64,000 bases of DNA. Origin: Mobula hypostoma. Lineage: Eukaryota. This document shows positions 49,641 to 60,770 of the stretch, piece by piece. The position numbers were made by a program, and so were the translations under genes. The DNA lies in the NCBI RefSeq assembly GCF_963921235.1, contig NC_086108.1, positions 58,344,001 to 58,408,000 of the forward strand, written 5' to 3'. The notes beneath the pieces are model-generated. The model ran no database searches. It was not told the DNA's origin and saw only the letters and a program-made list of their open reading frames with translations. Position 1 is the first letter of the stretch. Every line of letters starts with the position of its first letter.

Positions 49641-50547
49641 CAACAGGTTAATAAAGCATATGGAATTCTGGGCTTTATAAGCCAACACAAAGAGTACAAT
49701 AGCCAGGAAGTCATACAAAATGCATAAATTATTTGTTCAACACCACCTGATATATTGCATCTAATTACATACACCATAGTCCAGGGTATACAAAGGTTGA
49801 AACAGCTAGAGTAATTCCCCCTATAGTAGGTCAAGCCAAGACAAAAAAAAGAGGACATAAAATTCCAGAAAAGACAGGCTCACATCAAATGGAAAAATTA
49901 CAAGAGATGACCCTAGAGTGGACAGGTATTCAGTATTTATAATACAGTTTGACAGGATGATCAAAAGGGAATTGGACACATCACACAGGAAAAAAGATAA
50001 CTGGCAGGAGAACAGTACCAACTGAAATGCTTTTGTTGTAGAAACACTGCACTGAGCTGTTCTCTCTTTAATGACTATAATGATTTTTCTCAACTGCCTG
50101 AACCCAATGTCAATTATTTCAAGTTTCAGGTACACTAAACAAATGTACAGACTTATCAAATCATTCATTTAATACCTATTTTTTGTCTTTTCATTAAACA
50201 ATCCACTTGACCCACAGATGGAGTTGCCTGGTGAAACTGAGAAAAACTGAAGCAAACCCTAAGACAGTAGGATAGGAAGAGAATGTGAAAGAAATATACT
50301 AATCTAACTTCCTGTAAGTTTTTTTAAAATGACCTTTCCAGCAGCGTACACATTTATTAACATTCCAGCACAAGGGTGTTACTGGCAAGCAAGTATTTAT
50401 AGCACATTTCTAAATCTCCCTAAGGTAGGTGGTGAGCGAACAATCTGAATAGCTGGAGTCCTTCTGAAGGTACTTCAACAATGCTTTTAGGAAGGGTGTG
50501 CCAGGATTTAGACCCAGAAACAAAGCAGTGGCAAAATATTTCCAAGT

Positions 50548-51010
50548 AGGAATCAGGCTTAATATTACTGTCCTACATGTGAAATTTGTCTTGTGGCAGC
50601 AACAGTGCAAAAACAGAATTACTACAAACTACAAAATAAATAAATCCTGCAAACAAAAAATGACTGAAGTGGTGTTTAGGTACTGTTGATGACAGAGGGA
50701 AGAAGCTGCTCCTGAATCACTGAAAGTGGGTCTGAAGATAGTAATGATGAGAAAAGGTCAAGTACTAGATATTGAGGCACTGCCTTCAAAATATTCTTCA
50801 GGATGGGAAGGGTTGTGCCAGTGATGGAATCTACAATCTTCCTCAGCTTTTGTGATCCTGTGCATTGGAGACTCCATATCGGACTCTGCTGCAACCAGTT
50901 AGAATGCTCTCCATCATACACCTATGCAAAGGACCTTTGGTGACAACTCACATCTCCACAAACTCCTAACAAAACTGAGTTCATTGGCATGACATGTTTG
51001 TAATTGCAAG
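50548..51010 (-). mobile_element. Decayed Rex/Babar-like 3' fragment
   Basis: Similar to 41952-42480 (LRKIVDSITGTTLP). Confidence 0.55.
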
Positions 51011-53067
51011 TCAGAAAGATATGCAATTTAGAGGGCAATATGCATGTGGTGACTGGGATTCTCATTTGGCTGAAGTGCTTGCCCCTCACTGGTCAGAATT
51101 TTCAGGTGCCACAGCAGCTAAAGCTAGTAAATATATACATTTTGCAGGTGGTACACATTGCAGCAACTAGGCACCAGTAGTGGATGCAAATGTTTTGGAT
51201 GATGGATGACGTGTCAAAGAAAAAAAAAAGTTTGCTAGATGGTGTGACTTAAAAAGTTGAGTGAAAGAAATTATTAACATTAAAAATAATAAATCAAAAC
51301 GATTAAAATATTAAACTATTTTCATTTGACTTGGTACTGGAAAATTAATTACAGCCTCATAACATCATCTCCCCATTCAACATAGACATCTTCTATGCCT
51401 TTAGATGTTAATTTGATGTTGTGTCACCATCAACTGTACTTCAATGAACTACTATTTAAAAATATTTTCCTAACAAAGAACAGAATTAATTTCCTCCCCC
51501 ACCCCAAAGTAATCTCGTTTCATGGTGTATTATATTAAGTATTCAGCTCTAAAGAATAATGAAAGAAGCCAAATTTGAAAACAAAATGATTATAAATACT
51601 TACGAACAGTGCTAAGCCTTTACTGGTATCAATAGTGGATTTTTTGATCATATATAAACACAATGTTTTATATTTAGCTTAGAACTATAAAGTTTCTAGG
51701 CCAGCCCCAAACTGAAAATCTGTTCATTAAATTTCTGTGCTCAATGTAAGGAACTTACTCAGTCTTGGGTACACGAGCATCTTGTGCACCCTGTAATTAG
51801 AAATACATTAAAGGGCTATGGCTGCTAATTGGATTCTTTAGTAGGTGAAAATGTTTCTGCAAGGAAAGGCAAGCTTCCATTCTTTTGGACCAAAGAGGAA
51901 ACATTAAAATTAAAATACACAAGTAAAAATATTAATATTTTAGTAGCTAGTGAGTTGCATCCTCAGGCTAATAAACAGGTAACCAATAAACATTGGACTA
52001 TTGACTTAAAGATGAAAGGCATTCCTAGACAGTGTAAAGGTAGTGCGATAGTTGTTAATAAGGATAGCGATAGTGAAGTAGATTTGGATAATCCATCATA
52101 TTGGAGTTCGCAAATTTCATGAGGATGTGTCCAAGCGTATTGGTCAGGAATGTGTTGTATCATTAGTAATATGGCAGGTGATCACCTCAGTACAAGATTT
52201 TAGTTTGTCATTTTCTGAATCAGAGTCAGGTTTAATATCACTATGTTGTGAAATTTGAGGAAGCAGCACAAGGCACAAAAAAAGTGAGGTAATGTGCATG
52301 GGTTTATTGTCCATTCAGAGATGAAGCTGTTCTTTTATTGTATTGGAATATGTCAAAGGTAGAAATAATAATATTTTAGATAAAGTTGTGGATATTTTAT
52401 TAACACAAGTGAAAATGATTCAAAGGTGAATTATAAAAGCAGTGCTGTTAGCAAGAAGGTGAAGAAGTTGAATGGTTTTAATTCTAATGATAAAAGAGAG
52501 GAGCTAGGAAGAAGAGTAAAGAAACACCAGCATGGACATACCCATGGCCATTGTTCCATGGTTATGGATAACCTAAAAGAGAATCTTAAATCTTGTTCTG
52601 CGATTTTTAAAGAAAAAAGTAGATATTAGTAAATGTAGCCCAAGCTTATCACAGGCTATTAATGACAATCTTAAAGGCTCTTGTGGCAGGTGAGAGTTGA
52701 AACCTTTTCTTTCTTTTCTTTTTAAATCTTTTTATTGAGTAAGTATACAAAAAAGGTAAGCCATATAAACATTAATACAATGTTAAAGTATAATAAAATT
52801 CCAAAAGATAACAATACCAAAAAGAAAATACTACAAACAATGTAATTTAAGCATAAGAAACCAAGATAACATAATAGTATACTAGATTTTATATATATCA
52901 ATGGAAAAAAAGAAAAAAAAAACCCAAAAAAAAAACCCACCGTGCAACTAACTAAAAGCAAAGCAAAGCAATGGGCTAACTTGAAACCAAACAGAGTTAA
53001 ACTTAAAATCACGTCCTCAATCCCGACCTCCATTAAAACAGAGAAAAAAAAACAAGAAGGGTAAATA

Positions 53068-56000
53068 TTACATTAAATGAAAATATCGAATAAAAGGTCC
53101 CCAAATCTGTTCAAATTTAAATGAAGAATCATAAAGATTACTTCTAATTTTCTCCAGATTCAAACATAAAATCGTCTGAGAAAACCAAAAAAAGGTAGTT
53201 GGAGCATTAAGCTCTTTCCAATGTTGCAAAATACATCTTTTTGCCATTAAAGTAAGAAATGCAATCATTCTACGGGCTGAAGGGGAAAGATTACTAGAAA
53301 TTTTAGGTAGTCCAAAGATAGCAGTAATAGGGTGAGGAGAGATATCTATATTTAATACCTTAGAAATAATATTGAAAATATCTCTCCAAAAAGTTTCCAA
53401 AGTAGGGCAAGACCAAAACATATGAGTTAAAGAGGCTATCTGCCCCGAACATCTATCACAGAAAGGATTAATATGCGAGTAAAAACACGCTAACTTATCT
53501 TTGGACATATGTGCTCTATGAACCACTTTAAATTGAATTAGGGAATGTTTAACACAAATAGAGGAAGTATTAACTAATTGTAAAATCTGCCCCCAATCAT
53601 CCACAGAAATGGTAAGTCCCAATTCCTGTTCCCAATCTACCCTAATCTTATCAAATGGAGCTTTCCTAAGTTTCATAATAATATTATAAATCATAGCCGA
53701 TGCACCTTTCTGACATGGATTAAGGTTAATTATCGAATCTAAAATATATATAGGAGGAAGCATTGGAAAGGAAGAAAGTATAGTACTTAGGAAATTTCTA
53801 ACTTGTAAATATCTAAAAAAATGTATTCTTGATAAGTTATATTTATTAGATAATTGTTCAAAAGACATAAGGGAACCATCTAAAAATAAATCCAAAAACC
53901 GTAAAATACCCTTAGTCTTCCAAGTTTGAAAAGCGCGATCCGTAAAAGAGGGAGGAAAAAATATGTTACCTAAAATAGGAATCGCTAACCCGAATTGATT
54001 AAGATCAAAAAATTTTCTGAATTGAAACCAAATACGCAAAGCATATTTAACGATCGGGTTAGAGACCTGCTTAAGGCGTTTCGAATCAAAAGGAAGAGAT
54101 GAACCTAAAATAGAACCAAGTGTATAACCCTGAACAGATTGTAATTCCAATGCTACCCATTTAGGAATAGATAGTATGTCCCGGTCAAGTAACCAAAATT
54201 TCATATGTCGAATATTAATAGCCCAATAATAAAATCTAAAGTTAGGTAATGCTAAACCTCCATCTCTCTTAGCTTTCTGTAAATGTATTTTACCCAGTCT
54301 CGGATTCTTATTCTGCCAAATAAATGAAGAAATTTTAGAGTCGACTTTATCAAAAAAAGATTTAGGAACGAAAATTGGTAATGCCTGAAACACATATAAA
54401 AATTTTGGCAAAAAAAACATCTTAACTGCATTAATACGACCAATCAAAGTTAAATATAAGGGAAACCATTTAGATGAAAGTTGAGTGATATGGTCTATTA
54501 ATGGTAAAAAGTTAGTCTTAAATAAATCTTTATGTTTACAAGTAATTTTAATCCCAAGATATGAAAGGTAATTATTAATCAATTTAAATGGAAATTTATA
54601 ATATAAGGGAAGATGTTTATTAATCGGAAAAAGTTCACTCTTACTAAGATTTAATTTATAACCTGAGAAAAGACCAAATTGTGCTAATAACTCTAAAACA
54701 GCAGGAATAGATCTCTCAGGATTAGAAATATATAAAAGTAAATCATCAGCATAGAGTGATAATTTATGGGACTTTAATCCCCGAGTTATCCCAGTAATAT
54801 TTGAAGATTCTCGAATAGCAATTGCAAGAGGTTCTAATGCAATATCAAATAATAGGGGACTAAGAGGACAGCCTTGTCGAGTACCACGAAAGAGAGGAAA
54901 AAAAGGTGAGTTTAAAGAGTTAGTACGAACCGAGGCTACAGGGGAGTGATATAACAATTTAATCCAGGATATAAATTTCAAACTAAAATTAAACATTTCA
55001 AGCACCTTAAATAAATAAGGCCATTCTACTCTATCAAAAGCTTTCTCGGCATCTAAAGAAATAACACACTCAGGAACATTTTGTGAGGGAGTATAAACGA
55101 TATTTAACAATGTACGAATATTATAAAAAGAGTAACGACCTTTAATAAAACCCGTTTGGTCTTCCGAAATAATAGAAGGAAGTACTTTTTCTAGTCTATT
55201 TGCTAATAACTTAGAAAAAACTTTAGAATCAACATTTAATAAAGATATTGGTCTATAAGATGCACATTGAGCAGGGTCTTTATCCTTCTTTAGTATTAAA
55301 GAAATTGATGCTCTATTAAAAGATTCCGGAAGTTTACCAAGTTTCAAAGAAGCCTCAAAAACCTTATAGAGCCATGGAATCAATAAAGAAGCAAAACATT
55401 TATAAAATTCAACGGTAAACCCATCAGGGCCAGGAGCTTTCCCCAGATTCATAGAAAAAATAACATTCTTAATCTCATCCATTGTAATGGAAGTATCTAA
55501 TAAAGAAGACATATCCTGTGAAATCTGAGGGAAGTCTAACTTATCTAAAAAATCATTCATATATTTAGAATCTCGAGGAGACTCTGATTGATATAAAGAA
55601 GAATAAAAATCACAAAAGGTTTGATTAATCCCCACATGATCCAATATCAATCGATCATTTTGGTTATAAATCTGATTGATTTGAGATTTAACATAATTAG
55701 ATTTCAATTGATTAGCCAGCAGCTTGCCAATTTTATCACTGTGAACATAAAAATCACTTCTTGTTTTCTTTAATTGGTTTACAATCGAGGACGAGAGTAG
55801 TAAACTGTGTTCCATTTGAAGTTCAGTTCTTTGTTTGTATAGCTCCTCAGAAGGAGCCATAACATATTTCTTATCAATTTCTTTAATCTTGTCCACAATT
55901 GCCATCTCCTCCTGCTTCTGTTTCTTCCTCAAAGCAATGGAATACGAAATAATCTGACCCCGAATATAGGCTTTAAAAGTGTCCCAAAGAGTGTTAACCG

Positions 56001-56844
56001 AAATATCTTCTGTATGGTTAATTGTAAAAAAAAGCTCAATCTGTTCATTCATAAAATTAACAAAGTCCGAGTCCTGAAGCAACAGCGAATTAAAACGCCA
56101 TTGTCTATTGTTTGGTATATTGGCCATAATTTTAATAGAAAGCTTAAGTGGAGCATGATCCGAAATGGTTATAGAATCATAATCACATTTAATCACTGAA
56201 GGAATAAGACGAGAATCAATAAAAAAATAATCAATTCTTGAATAGGAATGATGAACATGTGAAAAAAAGGAAAAATCTTTTTCCTGAAGATGCAGAAAAC
56301 GCCAAATGTCCGTCGACCCAGAATCAGAAAGGAAAGAATTAATCAAATTTGCAGATTTATTAGGTAAAGTCCGTAAAGGAGCCGAACGGTCCAAAGCTGG
56401 AGATAAACAGGTATTAAGATCTCCGCCCCAAATCAATGAAAACTCGTTCAAATTCGGAAACTGATCAAACAATGATTTATAAAATTCCGGACAATCCATA
56501 TTAGGAGCATAAACATTAACCAAAACTACTTTTTTATTAAATAGTAAACCACTAACCAATAAAAATCTACCATTCGGATCAGAGATAATATCCTGTTGTA
56601 TAAAAGTAACTGAGGAATCTATAAAAATAGAGACGCCTCGAATCTTAGCATTGGAGTTCGAATGAAATTGTTGTCCCTTCCAGAATTTGAAAAAACGTAG
56701 TCTGTCCCCCCTCCGTACATGGGTCTCTTGTAAAAATAAAATTTGTGCTTTAAGTCTCCGGAACACTTTAAAAACTTTTTTTCTTTTAATAGGATGATTA
56801 AGACCATTAGTATTCCAGGAGACAAAATTAATAATAGACTCCAT
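53068..56844 (-). CDS. L1 ORF2p: APE endonuclease, reverse transcriptase, CCHC zinc knuckle (1258 aa from the first ATG)
   Basis: SWNTNGL, LQETH, GGDLN, YSRIDYFF, SDH; APGPDGF, SLDAEKAFDRVEW, GTRQGCPLSPLLF, YADD; CDRC-x8-H-x4-C. No internal stop. Confidence 0.96.
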   Translation of the reverse strand: MESIINFVSWNTNGLNHPIKRKKVFKVFRRLKAQILFLQETHVRRGDRLRFFKFWKGQQFHSNSNAKIRGVSIFIDSSVTFIQQDIISDPNGRFLLVSGLLFNKKVVLVNVYAPNMDCPEFYKSLFDQFPNLNEFSLIWGGDLNTCLSPALDRSAPLRTLPNKSANLINSFLSDSGSTDIWRFLHLQEKDFSFFSHVHHSYSRIDYFFIDSRLIPSVIKCDYDSITISDHAPLKLSIKIMANIPNNRQWRFNSLLLQDSDFVNFMNEQIELFFTINHTEDISVNTLWDTFKAYIRGQIISYSIALRKKQKQEEMAIVDKIKEIDKKYVMAPSEELYKQRTELQMEHSLLLSSSIVNQLKKTRSDFYVHSDKIGKLLANQLKSNYVKSQINQIYNQNDRLILDHVGINQTFCDFYSSLYQSESPRDSKYMNDFLDKLDFPQISQDMSSLLDTSITMDEIKNVIFSMNLGKAPGPDGFTVEFYKCFASLLIPWLYKVFEASLKLGKLPESFNRASISLILKKDKDPAQCASYRPISLLNVDSKVFSKLLANRLEKVLPSIISEDQTGFIKGRYSFYNIRTLLNIVYTPSQNVPECVISLDAEKAFDRVEWPYLFKVLEMFNFSLKFISWIKLLYHSPVASVRTNSLNSPFFPLFRGTRQGCPLSPLLFDIALEPLAIAIRESSNITGITRGLKSHKLSLYADDLLLYISNPERSIPAVLELLAQFGLFSGYKLNLSKSELFPINKHLPLYYKFPFKLINNYLSYLGIKITCKHKDLFKTNFLPLIDHITQLSSKWFPLYLTLIGRINAVKMFFLPKFLYVFQALPIFVPKSFFDKVDSKISSFIWQNKNPRLGKIHLQKAKRDGGLALPNFRFYYWAINIRHMKFWLLDRDILSIPKWVALELQSVQGYTLGSILGSSLPFDSKRLKQVSNPIVKYALRIWFQFRKFFDLNQFGLAIPILGNIFFPPSFTDRAFQTWKTKGILRFLDLFLDGSLMSFEQLSNKYNLSRIHFFRYLQVRNFLSTILSSFPMLPPIYILDSIINLNPCQKGASAMIYNIIMKLRKAPFDKIRVDWEQELGLTISVDDWGQILQLVNTSSICVKHSLIQFKVVHRAHMSKDKLACFYSHINPFCDRCSGQIASLTHMFWSCPTLETFWRDIFNIISKVLNIDISPHPITAIFGLPKISSNLSPSARRMIAFLTLMAKRCILQHWKELNAPTTFFWFSQTILCLNLEKIRSNLYDSSFKFEQIWGPFIRYFHLM

Positions 56845-57567
56845 AAATCCTAAAGTCAACCCACAACAAGGAGGATTGACAATAGGCGCGACCCACAAAC
56901 CCGGAGAGGAAACAGAACATACAAAAGATACCGGGGAAAAGGACGCAACCAGTACTTCAATAATGTATATAGCCCAAAGAAAAACAAACTAAAACGTGAA
57001 GCCCCTCCCACCCCCCCCCACCCCAAGACCCCAAGGCAAAATCTAAAGCAGACCCGCCAGAAAGAAGCAAGCACTAAAACTACCCCCATGACTTCCGGTA
57101 TACGCTCCCTAAAAAAAAGGTATAAATATGAAAAGGATCAGCTAATTGTAAAACAGTAAAAAAATAAGTAAAAAAAAAGTTAGCTCAATTAGAATACACA
57201 CAGAACAGAACAAAAGCCGGAAAATATATATTAAAAAAAACCACAATAAACCTCAAACTCATGAATAGACACAGCAACAAAAAAAAATAGGATTATTAAC
57301 ATAAAGTGATTATAAAAAGCAAAACAGAACAAAATTTTAAAAAAAACTACAAAATTTAAGGCCGCACAGGAAATACGTAAGATGACAAAAGGGAAGTAAC
57401 CACCCAGAATCCCCTGGGAAAAGAAAGAAATGACGCAGTTAAAAAAAAAGTTTAGCAGCCATATTAAGAAATCAAAAGTAAACTTTTCTGCCCAAATAGG
57501 GCACAGAAAAGTTAAAACCAACCAATTCACAGCCTCCGATCAACGGAGAAAATTAAAAAAAAGGCAA

Positions 57568-58467
57568 TTAAGATGTTGAAGATGAAAGTTGATCCAGATA
57601 ACTCTGGGCATCCGATGGAGAATCAAAAAAACGAAGGGCTCCATCTAACATGCGAATCCTTAGACGTGCAGGGTACAGCAGCGCTGGTCTTAAATCCATC
57701 TTATAGAATTCCGACATCATGGATCTGTAACGGACCCGTTGGTCCCAGATTGGTTTACTGAAATCTTCCACGAATCGGAACTTAAGATCCGAAAAATCAA
57801 TGAAACCTTTAGATCGAGCGAATCGAAACAGTCTCTCCTTGTCTTGAAAGTAATGAAAACGTAAGATAACATGCCTAGGTCTATCTGACCTAGACGAGTA
57901 TGATGGGATTCTGTGAACACGATCCAGTAGCGGTGGTTGGTCAGGAAATACAGTAGGGAATGCATCTTTTAAAAGTTGAGAGAAATATTTCATGGGGTTG
58001 TTAGCTTCAACGGCTTCCCTCACGCCAATCATTCGTAAATTCTGCCGTCGCATTCTAGATTCCAAGTCAGAGTTTTTAAAAGTCAAAAAGTCAAGTTTCT
58101 TCTTCATTACATTAATTGTTTCTTCGATTTTCCCCATCTTAAGCTCACTTTGTTGCGCGAATTTTTGAAGATCAGATATAGCCGACTGATGTTCCGCAAT
58201 ACATGTTTGCATCTTATCAATTAAATCGGCAATTTTCTGGAAATTAGTTGAGATTTCCGTATGAATCAGGTCTTTAACAAAGCCTGCAATTTCCGTACGA
58301 ATCATCTCCCTAACAGAGGTTGAAATTTCCCTCTGAATTAACTCCGATATCGCTTTCAAAGTCACCGGTGATTCAGTCGGAGGGAGATCCGTAGCTTTCG
58401 GTTTAACCGGAGGTTTACCATCCTTGCCGTTTTTCCCGTTCTTAGACATAGCAGATCTAAGTATCAT
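57568..58467 (-). CDS. L1 ORF1p RNA-binding protein (coiled coil, RRM, CTD), 299 aa
   Basis: Heptad-rich N-terminal half, DLESRMRRQNLRMIGVRE, DRVHR..PRHVILRF, LLYPARLRI. Confidence 0.93.
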   Translation of the reverse strand: MILRSAMSKNGKNGKDGKPPVKPKATDLPPTESPVTLKAISELIQREISTSVREMIRTEIAGFVKDLIHTEISTNFQKIADLIDKMQTCIAEHQSAISDLQKFAQQSELKMGKIEETINVMKKKLDFLTFKNSDLESRMRRQNLRMIGVREAVEANNPMKYFSQLLKDAFPTVFPDQPPLLDRVHRIPSYSSRSDRPRHVILRFHYFQDKERLFRFARSKGFIDFSDLKFRFVEDFSKPIWDQRVRYRSMMSEFYKMDLRPALLYPARLRIRMLDGALRFFDSPSDAQSYLDQLSSSTS

Positions 58468-58828
58468 CCAATTGTCAGAGAATTCAGTTTAATTCAAAGT
58501 ATTGTAAAAATTGATGCCTTAATGGTTAATTAAAGTATAGCTGACCATAGAGAAAAAAAAACTCAGAGGTAATGGAGCGAGTCAAGAACGCGACTTCACT
58601 CCATGAGCGCTACCGGAAGTCTCGAAACCTTTTCAACTGTGTTTTAAAAAAAAAGGACACTGCTGCTAAATAGGGCAGCATGCCTCTGAATAGAATTCAT
58701 AAACTGGCCATGTTAGCTAGAATATATTCTTACTGGGGTTGATGAGGTAAAATTACAACCAGTGTCAAGAACAGGCACATACTTATTCCAAAGTTGGACG
58801 ATCCAATTATGTGTCAAAAAAATTGAGC

Positions 58829-59290
58829 AGTTCAAGTTCAATTGTCATTCAACCATACAGGAACCCAGCCAAGTGAAATAATTATTCCTCCAGGGCCAAG
58901 GTGTAAAACACAGTACACAACAGCACACAACACATATAGTTACAAGAGCAAAAAAAGCATATAGTCATGAACAAAATATAGCCCAAATCCCTGAGTAGCA
59001 GGTCGACAGATTGACGGTGCATAGGATATTGTCCTAGTTCAGTTTGTCTTCCACTTGACACCAGCACCAACAGGAGGAGACAGCCATCAACCTAGAATGG
59101 ATGCCAGCACACCAACAGAAGCCTCTGCTCTCTTGCACACTGCCTCGGCATCTCCTCTCCTGGGTGGCTGAAACAGGTGAGACCAAGGCACAAGGGTCTG
59201 GTTTGGAAAACAACTGAGGCAGTGCAACTTCTCTGCAGGTCTCGCCAATAAATCAATAAATTGAATATGTCAAAAGGGTCTTGCAATCGC
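58829..59290 (-). mobile_element. Non-coding retroposon-like fragment
   Basis: (GAACTT)-type tail and a TG-rich 3' region on the minus strand, like other Rex-associated repeats here. Confidence 0.4.
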
Positions 59291-59429
59291 AATAAAAATA
59301 TCGAAGACAATCATTTGCACCATTTGTTGGACCATGCACTGCCTCGACACAACAAGCCCAAGCAATACCAGTATGCATTTCCATCACTATCGAGCAACAC
59401 AATGATGGGTAGACCTGTAGTACTTGATG

Positions 59430-59970
59430 TTCCTAATATCTTACTGTATTGTGATCATAAAAAATATGTAAATGACAAGCAATTACACCTTTGGTTGGAG
59501 CAGGAAAGGCTGCTGCAACCATGCACATCGCCATCTTATCAGAATATTACCACAGTATGCATACTGTGATATTGAGTCAATATCTTTGAGTGCATTTTCT
59601 AAAATTCCAGCTAAAACATTGGCAGAGTCTACCATCCCTACAGTCAGATGGAAAAGATTCATTGTGGCTACTCCAAATGAATGAAAATATAGCTATTCTT
59701 AATCATCTGATGTCAGAGGCCAAGAGGAATGAAAACGATTTAGCAGTCATTTTGATTGACTTAGCCAAAGATTCTGACCGTCAGTCAAAAGCTAAATTTT
59801 AATGTTTTAGTTAGGACTAATTAGTTAATCTAGTTTTGGATTGGTATATTGCTAAACATTACAGTAATATATAATAAAATAGTGCAAAAAGCAAAATAGT
59901 GAGGATCCATTGCTGTCTTGAGGGGAGTAAAGCAGGATGACCTAATTTCTTCTATTTAACACAGCCATTC
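59430..59970 (+). pseudogene. Fossil reverse-transcriptase fragment resembling R2-type (RLE-clade) non-LTR retrotransposons
   Basis: Collinear pieces IESISLSAFSKIPAKTLAES..RWKRFI, ENIAILNHLMSEAKRNENDLAVILIDLAKD, IAVLRGVKQDD and LFNTA. Confidence 0.6.
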
Positions 59971-60109
59971 TATTATGTTCTGTAGACAGGGATAGATACA
60001 AATTCAATTTGGAGATAATTGTTATTATAGAATGAGTTACTTATTAATGAATGAAATTAATAGGCATTAAGTAACCTCAGGTCAGCTGTTGACAACATCA
60101 CTTATAGGG

Positions 60110-60475
60110 CAGCAGTCCGCAACCACTGGGCCACGGATCGGTACCGGGCCGCAAAGCATGTGCTACCAGCCGCGAGGAAACGATATGATTTGGTGATATG
60201 AGTCAGCTGCACCTTTCCTCATTCCCTGTCATGCACTGTTGAGCTTGAACACGCGAGGTCATTAAGCACGCGTCATCCATGTCAGCGCAGGAAGATCAAC
60301 TCCTCGAGCTTGCAAATGACGACGGGCTGAAAAGTAAGTTTGACATAACATCTCTGCCAGCATTCTGGATCAAAGTCAAGGCAAAATATCTTGAGTTAGC
60401 CACGAAAGCACTGAAAACACTGCTTCCATTTCCAACATATCTCTGCAATGAATGCAACGAAAACTAAATCGCGGA
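60110..60475 (+). mobile_element. Truncated hAT Charlie/Buster-type element, same family as 25104-25896
   Basis: ORF 60279-60467 EDQLLELANDDGLKSKFDITSLPAFWIKVKAKYLELATKALKTLLPFPTYLC. Confidence 0.85.
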
Positions 60476-60684
60476 AGTTTCCAAATCAACAGTTAGGCTT
60501 CCATTTAATCTCAAAGGTTTTACCACATTTCTAGCCACTGTCATTTATAATATCTAAATGAACAAACATCCCACAAGTAAAAATATCTGACATTCTTAAC
60601 AAGAGCAATAATGTAAAATTAGCCTCACTTACAGCATTAAAATCGTCTCGCCAACATAAACATTTCAAAATTTCCATAACTTAC

Positions 60685-60770
60685 CTCTTTTAGAGCTTTG
60701 AGTAATCGAGGTCGTTTCTCCTCTACATTTTCTCTTGACTGTTGCTTAAGTTTTCGCAACAAAGCTGTAA
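60685..60770 (-). CDS. ANKRD13C: ANKRD13C coding exon
   Basis: tatag|TT ... GAG|gtaagt. (I)TALLRKLKQQSRENVEEKRPRLLKALKE. Confidence 0.95.

Larger units (their letters stand above)
52710..58623 (-). mobile_element. Full-length L1 (LINE-1) retrotransposon, ~5.9 kb, both ORFs open
   Basis: 11-bp TSD GAAACCTTTTC at 52699-52709 and 58624-58634. 5' end GAGACTTCCGGTAGCG, then ORF1, a 723-bp spacer, ORF2, 3' UTR, AATAAA (52731-52736) and an (AAAG)n tail. Confidence 0.97.

Noticed and set aside
51829..52629. Short ORFs 51829-52122 and 52426-52629 as a possible nested gene
   Set aside because: No recognisable domain or splice pattern; may be very old TE debris, but unsupported.
56845..56898. ORF-track start of L1 ORF2 at 56898
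   Set aside because: Non-ATG start; the first ATG (56844) sits just before the endonuclease SWN motif, the usual position.
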